A DNA stretch of 64,000 nucleotides from Vitrella brassicaformis CCMP3155 (Eukaryota; Protista; Chromerida): positions 36,108 through 100,107 of the forward strand of contig CDMY01000363.1 in NCBI GenBank assembly GCA_001179505.1, read 5' to 3'. The notes below the pieces were generated by a model. The model saw only the letters and a list, made by a program, of their open reading frames with translations, was not told the DNA's origin and searched no databases. Shown piece by piece: positions 36,800-48,761 of this stretch. Positions within the stretch are counted from its first letter, which is position 1; the number at the start of each line of letters is the position of its first letter. The position numbers and the translations under genes are program-made.

Positions 36800-37361
36800 A
36801 AGGCTGTAGACAGATGGGATCATGCTTTTTTTCCTCCGCTGAGTTTTTTTTATCGGGTCCAATGAAGCTCTGTGATGATGTTCTAGCTGCACATGCCCGA
36901 TAGGTCCCTTTATCGAATGCTTTGTGGCCTTGCACGCGACTGGCGCGTCGGCAGCCGTATGCTGCTGTTTTTGCGACACCACCCACCCACAAGGTGGGTG
37001 AATGTCATTCATAGATAGCTATGTGTATTTTACATTCGCATTACGGGTGCATTTATTTATCTACACGAGACAGCTCTTCTGTGGCCCCAGACGCTATGAG
37101 AGTCAGACCTGTGATGTCAGTCAGTAGCTATCCAAGTCGTGCACTTTCAGTGAGTGTGGCGTTGACTGTGCATTTTTTTCGAGGCACGCGAGAACGAAGA
37201 GGGTCTGTTAAGGAAGACAATGAATGTCATGGCACTAGTCACATACGCAGTGCACGAACGAGTTGAACGATGAACACTGATTGCACAACTAACTGTACAG
37301 TCATCGATCCATCGCACACGCTCAGCCATTCTACATGAAGAACACTCCCCCCTATCCCTCA

Positions 37362-39814
37362 TCAGCCCGACCGGCCAAACCAGTGGCTGAAGAAGCCCCT
37401 GTACCCGCCCTCGCCACCAGGACTAGCGCCGCCGCTCTCTGTCGTCGCAGCAGCAGCAGCAGCAGCAGCAACAGCTGCTGCACTCGCACTCTCACTGGCG
37501 GCAGCTGGAGAGCTGGCAGGCACCCCCTGGGACTCACTCATGGCCGATGTCGGAGCGGCGATGCTCTCAAAACCACCACCTTGCATGCCGGACGTCTGGG
37601 ATGCCGCCAGCTGTGCGAATGGGTTGACGAGCACCGGCAGCGGCGGCTGGAAGAGGCCCTGGTCGATCGTCCCTTGGAAGATGAACAGGCTCTGCGGCGA
37701 GCCGCCCTGCTGGCCCGATGTCGCAGCTGCAGCTGCTGCTCCGGCAGGTGGCTCTGTCGGCTCGCAGGGAGGGCGTGAGTCGGCTGGAGGCGAGAAGAAC
37801 GGACGCTGCAGGGAAGGGCAAGCAGACAGCACAACGCATCAATGACGGATTGCACGGAGGCATTCCTGGTGGTGTGTCTGCCTCACCTGTGCTCTCCCCC
37901 GTCGCCTGGAGGCCCGCCTGACTTGGCTTGGGCGAGCACTCTCGTCCCCACTCCTGATGTCCTCCCACTCCAGGCCACCTCGCGGCGCCACCGGGGTATC
38001 CCACAACCAATGCCCCCCGCTGCCGCTCGGCAACGCAGCTGCTGCCGCTGCTGCTGGTGGTGCGGCCGGCTCGCTTGCTCCCACGCCGCTGCCCAGCCCC
38101 AAGCTACCGAACATCAGCGTGCTGATATCCCTCTCCTCCTGCGAGGCCCCACCGACTGCTGCTGCTGCCGCTGCTGTTGGACCATCGGCGGTCGTTGGCT
38201 GGACGGGCGGGAATGACGGCAGGGGGTGGAACGGGGAGGGGGACGGTGTCAACAGAGCTGCTGATGACGTGCGGAGGGAGCTCTCGCGCGCTCGGAACTG
38301 CGAGTCGCCTCTGGCACGATGTCTGCGGATGGCTGAGTGGCCGCGCTGCTGGGGAGCTGTGCGGGCCGTGGCGTTGGGTGCATCTGATGCAAACCAGGGG
38401 AGAACGGAAGAGTGTATTGGTCCCTCATATGTGTCTTGTATCTGCTTACCGCTACAGTCGGTGTCGGTGAAGATGATACTCACGAGGGACGACATGAGAA
38501 GGCTGCCCAGATCCCCACGAGCAGGCGACACACGAGGGACAGACATGCTGCACAATCAACACACGCACACACACACACGCACAGTCACACAGCGTCACAG
38601 CACCCTCCAGCCCCTTCCGTGTTTCTGGTGCGTATGCTTACACGCAGTATGGCGACAATGCCCCCGTCAGTCGTCTGGTCATCCGGTGAATGAAGTTGCC
38701 CCCCTCGGCAGCGGCCTGTCCGCCGTCCCCCGTAGCCCCCTCCCCCTCCCCCAGCCGCAGGTGGTCCCCGAAGCTCTGCTGCAGCTGCTGTGACGTGCGA
38801 TCGCTCTCATCATCCCCCTCGTCGCTGCTGGGCCGCATCTGTGTGTCGGGTGGGCCGTCCATCTCGGTGATGATGTCCGTCTCGATCTGCTTGAGCGTCT
38901 CGAGGAAGTCCACCTCGTCGCTGCTGAAGCTGGGGGCGCTACGTGGGGCGGCGGCGTACGCACTGCTACTCGACGGGTCGTCCGATCGGGGCAGACTCGA
39001 TGCACGACCCAAATTGCGACGGCCTGGGATGAAGGAAGGGGAAAGAACACATTGCTGGCTGGTGCAGTGGATGTTGGTGTTGGTGATACCTGCGTCGCTG
39101 ATGAGGCTTTGCATCCTCCCGAGCGCGCCGTCGATGTGCTGCTGCAGCCTGAGTGACTCGTGTCGTCTGTGCTCGAACACCGAGAGGCCCTTCTGGTACT
39201 CATCCGCCAACGTGCGCAAAGCCAGTTGCTGACATACACACATCACAAGAGCCACAGGGACGGACAGCATCAGGCGATGTGGCGCTCATCCAGTCTTCGC
39301 TTACACGCTGCTCCTCTATGATCTCCTTGGCACGACTGATGTGCACGCATCACACAACACGCACAATGATCCATGTGGCGATCGCCGCCTCTTTGGCTGG
39401 CTGCGTGGTTACTCACTTGAAGTGCGAGTGGACTTCGCCCTCGGCGTTGCTAAAATACTGCCGATAGTGCTGCACACGCACACATAACACCAATCCTTCA
39501 GGCTCATTGTGTGTGGTTGCCTTTGGTGTGCTCACGTCCTGTGCCTCTGCGCTGCGGGTGCCAGCAGACAGGGAGAGGGCCGTCCTGCTCTTCTCGAGAA
39601 ACTGACAAACAAAGACGACCACAGCACACAGCGATGAGTGGATGGTCCGTCGGCACAGTTGTGTTGTGTTGACCTGGTTGTGGCTCTTGGCGATCTCTAG
39701 TTTCTTCCTGACGGCATCCTTGATGAGCGACCGCTTGTGCGCGTAGCAGGGCGCGTCAGGAGTGATGTAGCATGAGATGCAGACACAACAGTCACACACA
39801 TCTGACAACACACA

Positions 39815-39848
<34 letters not shown>

Positions 39849-40645
39849 TCCACACGCGAGTCCCTCTTTGTCCATTCCCTCCCTCCCTCCCTCCCTTCCT
39901 GCCCGTCTCACCGCAGAAGGCATTGACGGGTACGTCATGCCTCTTGCACTGTTTGCCGGAGCTGGACAGCACCTTGAGCTTCCGCTTGGACTCCTCACGC
40001 CTCCCACCCTCCACCTGGCCGCGCTGCCCCCCGCCCCCCTGCGCCGCCTGCTCCCGCTGCAGGCGATCCCTCTCACGCTCCACCACCTGGCACACCGCGA
40101 AGTTGCGGCGAACCTCGTGGAACGGAGTCACCGCTCTGATGAGTGCAACGCACACATACAGGGGCAGGACAGACAGGCAGTTGTGAGGCATCACATCATT
40201 CATTCGATGGGTGTGGATTAGTGCTGTGTGGTGTGTACCTGCAGTTAGGGCATGTGACCTGTGGGAAGGGGAGGTACTGGAGCATGCGGCCGATACACTG
40301 ACACACACAACAGACGAAAAGGGAATGACATGTGAGGCGCGACAGCAGGGAATGAGCTTTCCTCTGATATCACTCACGTCTGAACAGAATGTATGACCTG
40401 AGAGAAGAAGAGAATGACACGGACAGCACACACAGCCACATCAATGACCCTCTGGTAGGCAGCATTTCAGGGCATTCGTCCCCGCCGAGCGTACCGCATC
40501 GCGACAGAATCTGCGGCAGGCGTGTGTTCGTGTCGTATTCTGTCAGGCAGATCTCACATGTCGAGAGGGACTCGCCGGCGTCACCTGAGCCTCCCGCGGC
40601 CGCTGCAGCCGCGGCTGCTGCCGCGGAAGAGGCTGCCGCTGCCAT
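37362..40645 (-). CDS. TRIM-like (RING-HC, B-box, coiled-coil) E3 ubiquitin ligase with a low-complexity C-terminus
   Basis: Spliced RING: CEICLTEYDTNTRLPQILSRCGHTFCSDCIGRMLQYLPFPQVTCPNC, followed by VRRNFAVCQVVE. B-box: CKRHDVPVNAFCDVCDCCVCISCYITPDAPCYAH. Helical heptad-rich exons follow. ATG at 40645, stop at 37362. Central exons were not fully traced. Confidence 0.85.
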
Positions 40646-40893
40646 TCGTGTCTGTCGACCAACCTTGGGTCTCAGAAAGTGCTCGCCAGCACATTCATCT
40701 ATGCACTTCAGCGCCTATTGCCATGGGAAAAAGGGCTGGAGGCTGGAGGAGAGGAATGAGCGGATCATGATGATTCTTTCCGAGCTCGCAAGACTGGGGG
40801 CGTGGGGGCCACTACGAGCTTGAACGAACGAACGAACGAAAGGACGAGGACTGACGGCTGGCGCCAGCCCACCAAGCAACCGAGGACTACATC

Positions 40894-41135
40894 ATGTTGG
40901 CTTTGAAAGCCGGCCGTGAGCAGCTGGACTGGCTGAATTCGACAGGTATATATTCGGCCGCCTCAGTGTGACACACGAGTCCCTTCTCGCTTGGTGTGTA
41001 TTATCGATGTGTGTTGCCGCTCGTGACGCAGACGACACGTACATGATCAAGTGGAAGGGCGCCAAGTGCGACCCCGAAATGTTCGAGGAACTGGCGTCCG
41101 ATTCGTCATTTCGGGGGGACCTCACGGGCATATGA
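40894..41135 (+). CDS. Small two-exon ORF (about 51 aa) of unknown function, possibly a fragment of a larger decayed gene extending to about 41660
   Basis: ATG at 40894 and a phase-1 intron at 40946-41031 give MLALKAGREQLDWLNSTDDTYMIKWKGAKCDPEMFEELASDSSFRGDLTGI*. Confidence 0.35.
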
Positions 41136-42055
41136 GGGGGAGTTGACCAAACGAACGAGTGTGTGCGTGTGTGGATGCATTGCTTCTAGTGCCGGACGTG
41201 ACAAACCGAGTGCGTCGCCAACTGACCCCTCCCCTTCGCTCCCCCCCGTTCCCTTCCCCATGTCACGGCACCACTCCAGCACCCTCCCCGGTGTCATCGG
41301 GGGCTTCCACGCCCCGCCTACTCGGCCATCCCAGTGCCGGCTGCTGGCCATGTGGCGCCGCGCCAGCCCATTGCGAGCCGGCCCAACAGCCCGGGGACGC
41401 CACACACGCAACTGCCACCCTGCTGGTGCCGCCCCCACGCCCATCATTTTGGCAGCGGACGTGGGCACTGCTGCAGGCGATGGGGAGGGGGGCGTGCGGG
41501 GCCTGTCGGGCCGTGTGGCAATGGGTCGTCTCTATGTTTATCGCTGACAAGCAGGTGAGATACATTGAAAGGACAAGCGGTGCATGTTTGTTGTCCCATT
41601 ACTTCTTCCTGTTTGTCTGCAGGTGAGTTGCTGCACGTGGGATCGACTCCAGTGAACATTCAGGTAACTTAGCAAAGATATTCCTTCATCATTGCATAGA
41701 TTGGCACATTGCGTGTCCCTCTCTTGATGGCGTGTGTAGGTTGAAGAGTTGGATGGCTGCCTTGGTCTTGTGAATGTTGTCAGAAATCGGCTTAGGGTGT
41801 TATCATTGCAAGCGCTTCGGTCGGTACGTCAGCTTCAGAACAATGGCATCTAGCGGGCCTTTGTGGCACTGTGTTTTGTATGCTACCCATCTGTGTTTCT
41901 AAGACCGGATTTGGTGTTTTGGCTGTGTCTGCCAACGTCTCTCCATCATCCGGGTGATCGAGGGCTGGGATTGTGCTCAGGGGATGGCTGCCCGAAGAGA
42001 GAAAAAGAATACGGCTGCCACATGGCAGCCGTATACAGGTATGTCTGCATTTCAG

Positions 42056-43256
42056 CAAGAGGCTCATGACACGCTGGATGGCTGGACACGTCAGGTGGCG
42101 AAGTTAAGGGCTGAATGGAAGACATTTCTCATGGGGGCAATCAGTGGTGTGGCTGCTCTGGGGCTGGCCATCGTTGGTACGAGGAAACCTTTCCATGGGC
42201 CATGGGCGAGGCGTGCTGCATGATCTGTTTGTCTGTCTGCCTCGTGTAGGTGCGTTTTCGTCTCCCGTGGTGCAGCTGATCTATTTGGCCATCGTGGCGA
42301 TCATCGTCAGCGTCATCGCCTTCGCCCTACTCAGCTCGGCCCAGGCGGTGTCCAACCTTTACGTCTTCTTGTCTGGTCAGAGAGAAAGAGGAGACACAAG
42401 ATACGAGAAACGAGACACAATACTGGCTGCGTCTGCTTTGTCTCGTTAGTGGCGCTGTATCTCCAAATTCCTGGAGCCGTAGGCCTCTGGTACACAGCGC
42501 GGCCCTCGTGCGTCCCGAACGGACCTACCTTCGACTTCACCTACTACCAGACAGTCTCGCAACTGGTGGGGGCGCTGGCGTCAGCATTGGCGCTCATCAT
42601 CTTCCAGACAATCACCACAGAATGGCGCCTCCGGTCGGCGTTTTGGATTAGGAGATCAGTGCGCATCATGGTGTCGTGTGTGGATCTGATCATCATTGAG
42701 CACGTCAACCTGAAGATCGGCCTGCCCGGCAGGGCTGCATTCATCCTGTGAGCCAAACGAGGGATAGAGACATGTATGTGCGGCCTCCATATGGACTGCC
42801 TCATCTGGTTGGCAGACGTGATGCGATGGTGCTGAACTCGACCCAAATGCTCAAATGCTGGATCTTGGTGCCGGCTATCCAGCCCCTCTCCAGACTCACA
42901 TCGCCGCTCGCGTAAGCACACTGGCAGAAGGAAGAGCGCCACGCGCAGATGATGTCTCTCTTTCCTTTGTCGGCAGAGAGGAAGGAAAATGCATTCCTTC
43001 ATGAATAGCTGTGGCATGAAGGTCCCGGGACTTTGGTGTTTGGCTGATCGAGGCCTCCAGCATCCAGACGGGCAATGAGGCCGACAGCACATGCAACTTC
43101 CGCAATCTCACCTATCTAGTGCTGGTGGCCCACATCATTCTGCCTGAAAGCGCCATCTCAGTGGTGTTCATTCTGATACCTGACATGCCATTTCAGCCCC
43201 GACTCAGCCACCGCACAGCCGGAGTCGGCCACTGCTGTCGACCCAAACTGGATTGA
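42056..43256 (+). pseudogene. BT1-family folate/biopterin transporter (MFS), C-terminal half, disrupted
   Basis: LWYTARPSCVPNGPTFDFTYYQTV, DLIIIEHVNLKIGLP and TCNFRNLTYLVLVAHIILP...FILIPD resemble apicomplexan/chromerid BT1. The frame is broken by stops around 42990-43020, and no N-terminal half was found. Confidence 0.7.
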
Positions 43257-44839
43257 CTCCATTGTCTGACCGGCCTTCTCGGATGTCTCTCTATACAAAT
43301 CAGGGAGGGCTGCCCTTCGCGGCTGGATCGTCCTAAGTACGGCCTGTTTGAGAATGTGTGTGTTCGCATGACGGGCTGGCGGGAAGGCTCACAGTTGACA
43401 CTCACGACATACACGCATGCCTGTCTACCTGCCTCCCCGGCCCGTGTGTGTCTCGTGTCTGCCACACCCTTTGTGTCGTATCGCTGCATGTCTGTTTCAC
43501 TACCCTTCTTTGTCGTGTATTCATCGGCAGTGCGGTCAGAAAGCTTCAGTTCAGCTGGTGGCGTCCATGTATGCACATGTATCATCTTCAGGGGTGGTCG
43601 TCGGTTCATACTTGATACACACCAGGGGAGCCGGTCTAAGAGCGGCTGCCTCTCTGATGTATGCCTCTGAGTTTGATGGGGATGTACATGAGACTCAGAG
43701 GCAGACTAATGCGCGATATACAGGGTTATTTGTCCATTGCTGCGGCAGCTATATCAATCATGTTTGCTTCTGTGCAGCTGGTGGCGTCAATGCAATGAGT
43801 GTTGTGTGCCGTGTCGTTCATGCCGTGTATGCACTTTCGAAGGTGAGAGCAGGCATCCATCCACCGATATGCAGACTAAGTGCTATAGGACTTGCTGCGG
43901 GAGTGTACACGTGTTTCAGTTGTTCGACGAAGTCCACCCACATACACAACCCCAACCGGCGCATCCGTGTGCCCCCTCCACTCGCCCTGCCCACACCAGA
44001 GGCTGTGCGGCTGAGCCGCGAGCGGCGTTCGCCTGACTCCTCTCAGCACGTTTGGCGTCGTGGTAGAGCTCCTTTGAAGAATTGGGTCGCGGGACGGCTG
44101 GGCCTGCCCGCAGCGATGGGAGGAGGAAGCCACATCGTCTAGGAAATGTGTGTGACTGACGACGGGTGGTAGTTTGGACCTTTCATGCATGAGTGGTTGT
44201 ACACAAGCCTTCATTTTTCAATGACTGATTGACTCGATCTGACACTGCCGGTTGGGCAGAGCAGCAGGACAGATGGACTCTATGTGAAAGCAGAGACAGA
44301 GTCGATGCCTCGATGCGCCAGATGCCAGAACCACGGACGAGTCAGCAATTCAAACGGATCAGCATTCATTCAGACATCATTACAAAGACGTCAAATATAA
44401 AATGCAGACAGCGATACTATACTTATCCCACCCGTCTTCAGCTGACCCCCGGCGAGACACACCACGCACCATTCCTCACACCGCCACCACGCCCGTACAC
44501 CTGGCTCATCAATGACATCGCGGAGCGTCTGCTGATCTTGTAAGGTGACCCAGGCGCCCGAATGGCCACCACCAGGCCCTTCCTGTAGACATGGCTGGGC
44601 TGTCACCTCTGGCTGTACAGCCGGCTGGGGTACTGTGGCCGTGGGTGGGGCGGCAGGGGCGGCCGTGGGGATTTTCTTGTCACGAAGCGGCGCCGGCTGA
44701 AACAAACAGACAAGAAGCTGTACACACGCATGAGTGTGAGTCATTGGTTGGCACCGACCCGTCACACGATCATTTCACAGGATCGAAAGGCAGCAGACGC
44801 TCCACAGGCGACAGCCTCTTTTGCCGGCTGTTGATGGGA

Positions 44840-45087
44840 GCCAGCAGCAGCATCGGCCGGGGTGCCATCGGTGGGTCCTCCAGGATCGGCGACAGTGTGC
44901 TGACAATAATGGGAAAGGGAGGGGAGAAGGGTGTGGTGGGTGAAGTTGTATATGTCAGTGGAAGCGTGTGTGTCTGCCTGCACGTACCCGTTGCTGTCGC
45001 ATCGGCGGCCTCCGATTCCACGATCTCGGCCGTCATGTCCGCCACGTATTCGCGGAACTTGGCCTCACTACAGGCCACGCACAGCAT

Positions 45088-45146
<59 letters not shown>

Positions 45147-45745
45147 GTCTCCATGGATCCATCCGTCCCCTCGCTGTCCACCCACCACCTCCCGAGAAGC
45201 AGCGCCCGAACGAGCCTCGTTGGCTTCAAGTGAAGGTAGCCCGCCATGAATCCCGTGCTCATGGGGGCCAGCCAGCCGCATGCCCTTCACCGCCACTCCA
45301 TACAGGCGAAGCAGCTCCATCAACTGCGCCAGCCACGGCACGCTGCCCCCCCGTCTGTCGTGGACGGGCTCCTCGACGCGGATCTCGAGACTCCGCATGG
45401 TCCCGATCGTGTCGGGGGCATCCAGGAGCTTGTGGATGCTCATCCACCTGGACTGGGCAATGAGCTCCTCATCCTGATGGATACAGACACACACACATCG
45501 ACAGACAGACATCAACAGACAGAGAAACCGACAAACGAATGTGAACAGGGCAGCCCTCTCTCTCTTGCCGATCCCTAGCTCACTCACCGCAGGCACCGTG
45601 ACGACCTTCCTCAGCCGCTCCCTCAGCATCAACAGCCGCTGGATGTCCTCTTCCGGCCAGTCGTCCCGTGCGATGCACTTGTCCACCTCTGGCGCGGCGA
45701 GTCGGGAGGGCAGCAGGGGGTAGGCGTCAGTGGGGTGGACGGCAT
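44840..45745 (-). pseudogene. ACT-like family copy D, inverted partial duplicate of copy A
   Basis: The reverse complement is near-identical to 8255-9140 including introns (DKCIARDDWPEEDIQRLL, DEELIAQSRWMSIHKLLDAPDTIG, FREYVADMTAEIV) and carries the same ctggctggcc frameshift. Confidence 0.85.
45088..45142. repeat. Compound (AC)n(AG)n microsatellite in an intron
   Basis: Read directly from the sequence; many similar tracts occur in introns across the window. Confidence 0.9.
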
Positions 45746-46069
45746 GATGATGTATGCGGGTCCGCTGCTGGCAGAGACATCAAATATAAAATGGAGGCAG
45801 CGATGAGTCTCCAACCAATTCCAGCCATCAGCCGTGGCGTTATGTCTCGGGGCCCTGACAGTAAGAGAGTGACAGCAGAGAGGGTATTATAGTGAGCATC
45901 CACCAGTCCTCCGTTTGCTTCTTACTTGTAAACCCAAAAATGGGTTTGCCCATATAGGATGGCAGGGCGGGCAAATGTGAGGGACCACCAGTCCTCTCTC
46001 CACACCTATTGATTTGCTGCAGGTGTTCGCTCGTGAGGCCAGACTCACTGTCGACAGGCAGAGGAGGGG

Positions 46070-46670
46070 GCTCAGGACGGCGATCGACCCACTTCGATGA
46101 TGGCCTCGACGCTGGCAAACTGGCGCAACACGAAGAAGGGCCACACGAACTGCATCGCCTTCTGTTGTTTCAGCTGCGGCAGCAGGTCGCCGTAGTCGCC
46201 GGCTGCCCCCGCAAACGCCCACCGGCCCACCGGCACCGAACTGAACACGACAAAAGGCATACATCAGCGCCGCATCTGTGGACTTGCTGACAATGTGCGC
46301 ACCTCTGCTGCACAATGGTGACGGCGTGTTGGTAATCGTGCTCGCACACCCTGCAGAAGACAAGGAAAAGCCGTCGATCCGCTGTGACTCACGATGATCG
46401 ACTGCCCCTCCCTCCAATTATATACGCTGCGTCGACGCTGCGTCGACGCTGCGTCGAAACGCAGGTAGTCTCTGACCATGGGAAGGAGGCTTCCCGTCTC
46501 GCCTTGGTCGTAGTAGTACGGGTGACAATCTGACAATCTGAACAAACACAGTGGACACACGTGAAGGGCATGCTGATCCATGGATGGTGAGACGAGTTGT
46601 GAGATGGTGCCGCCCTTCACCTTGATTACCTTGCTGAAATGAGAGGAATAGTAACTCCATTCTTGCACAG
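46070..46670 (-). pseudogene. Unknown multi-exon family, copy 1
   Basis: Spliced VCEHDYQHAVTIVQQS|SVPVGRWAFAGAAGDYGDLLPQLKQQKAMQFVWPFFVLRQF; upstream RDYLRFDAA is broken by an 11-bp x3 repeat. Paralogous to 47770-48130. Confidence 0.55.
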
Positions 46671-47366
46671 ATAACAGGCCATTGAGTCTGTGCCACCCAT
46701 CGCACCATCCATCAATCAGTGTGCTCTGCAGGGGCTGGTAGGTCGGGCAGCGCCTGCTGGGGCTGGGGGGCCGGCAGGGCGGCTAGGGCGACGTCCTTCC
46801 ACACTGCCGAACGAAGAGAAGCCATCACTTCGGCAGAGAGACTGCACAGCTGTAGGTCTCACCTTGGGCGATCGAAGCCTCGAGCTGATCCCTCAACGAC
46901 GGACGTTCGATGGCAGACACTCTCCTGCACACACACACACACACACACACATGCACACACACACACACAGAGACACACACAAAGAGGGTCACTTCTTCAG
47001 CCGTATCACCTTTTGCCATGATACAGTGTCAGACGAGCTATGGACTCGTCCCAAAAGGTAGAACGTGTGAGGCACCACCCAATCAATCTGATCCATGGAA
47101 AGGCAAGACAATGAGACATGCAGATGCCTTCATGCGTGTCATCGGCAGCACTGCGCGTGTGTACTTTAATTTTCTCCTGCCGTTCCACGATCAAGCACAT
47201 GATGTACTCCTGGTGCAATAGGTGCTCTTCTCTCTCGTCGCCTTGCTCTCGGCTTGAGATGCTTGCAAGGATCTTCCTTCCTCCTCTCCTCAGACGAGAT
47301 CTCGTCGACCTTATCACCTTAACATAACAACCCTGCCCACCACCGCATTTCACGGCACACCACGAT

Positions 47367-48480
47367 TCAGCATCCGTCCCAATTCGACGTCCACTGTGGC
47401 GACGTTCGCACCGTTCTCGAGGAAGTCAACGCGGCCATGATGATCGCCCTTGTGCAGAGCTGCAAAGACAAACAAAGACGAAACAACACCAGAAGGGCGC
47501 CGTGCTGACACAGGAAGGCGAGAAAGGTGACGAGAGAGAAGAGAGGGTTTTCGGCTCGCTCAATGGCTGACCAGCTTGAGATAGTCCGCTCGCATCTGCC
47601 TGCCTTCACTGCCCGTCCCGAGTGCGTCCTGTCCGTCCCCGTCGTCCAGCAGCCATGCGATGTATGCCAGTGGAGCGCGCTCGGCGTCGGAAATGGACGA
47701 GAAGTCAGCTGCACAGGCACGACAGAACTGTCATGCACACGTGGCCGGCTCGCTCTGTCTGACCTGGCCCGACGATAGCCTTGACGTTGGCAAACTGGCG
47801 CAGGACGAAGAAAGGCCACACGAACTGCATCGCCTTCTGTTGTTTCAGCTGCGGCAGCAGGTCGCCATAGTCAATTGGCCATAGTCGCTGGCTGAACCAG
47901 CAAATGCCCATCTGCCCACCGGCACCGAACTGAACACGACAAAAGGCCAGCACCGCATCCATCGACTTGCTGACAGTGTGCGCACCTCCGCTGCACAATG
48001 GTGACGGCGTGTTGGTAGTCGTGCTCGCACACCCTGCAGCACAATCAGAAGCCATCGATCCGCTGTCAATTATGAGGTCGAGTGGCCCTCCCGACAGTTA
48101 CGCGGCGTCGAAATGCAGGTGGTCTCTGAACAGGGGAGGGAGACTTCGCTGCAGCAGAAAGCAGGCCACCCAGCGGACCGCGCACGGCAACCACCGGATC
48201 GTGCAGCTGACCGGTAGCGGATGGTCGTCTTTCATCATGAGAAGCTGCCCCGTGGCGTAAGCGATGACGTGTCGATGGGGGCACTCGTCGGCAACGCAGA
48301 CAAATAGCGAGACAGTACTCAAATCGCCCGCCCACCTTTCTCAGGAGCTCGCAGCCGCACTCCGGCGATGAGGCAACACCCAGCGCATAGGAAACCGCAA
48401 AGGACGACCACTCCTTCCAATTGCCGCGCCGTCGGATCACCCGCACCATCGCTACCAGGCACAGCACATTGCCTGAACGA
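47367..48480 (-). pseudogene. Unknown multi-exon family, copy 2
   Basis: Same exons and introns as copy 1 (RDHLHFDAA, CEHDYQHAV, DLLPQLKQQKAMQFVWPFF), frameshifted by a 14-bp insertion at 47864-47886. Confidence 0.55.
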
Positions 48481-48761
48481 GGTAGAGGGGCATAGACTCA
48501 TCGATTTGTTTGTCTCTACCCACCTTCGGTGAAGTCGATGCAGCGCAGCAGGTCCTTCTCCATTCATTGCCAGCCGGGCGGGGGCTCACTCAACAAACGT
48601 ACGCTAGCAGAAAGACAGGCAGATAGACAGCTGATGGATATAATCTTGTTTGTTGTCGTACCTGCCGGTCTTCGGTGTAGAGGGCCTCTTCTTTGAAGGG
48701 GCGCCGACTCCGAGGCCTGTTTCATTGAGTCCCATTGGCCAATGCAGCATACACGATGCAT

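Noticed and set aside
43260-44800. ORFs of 100-240 aa between the BT1 relic and copy D
   Set aside because: No motifs, codon bias or coherent splice structure.
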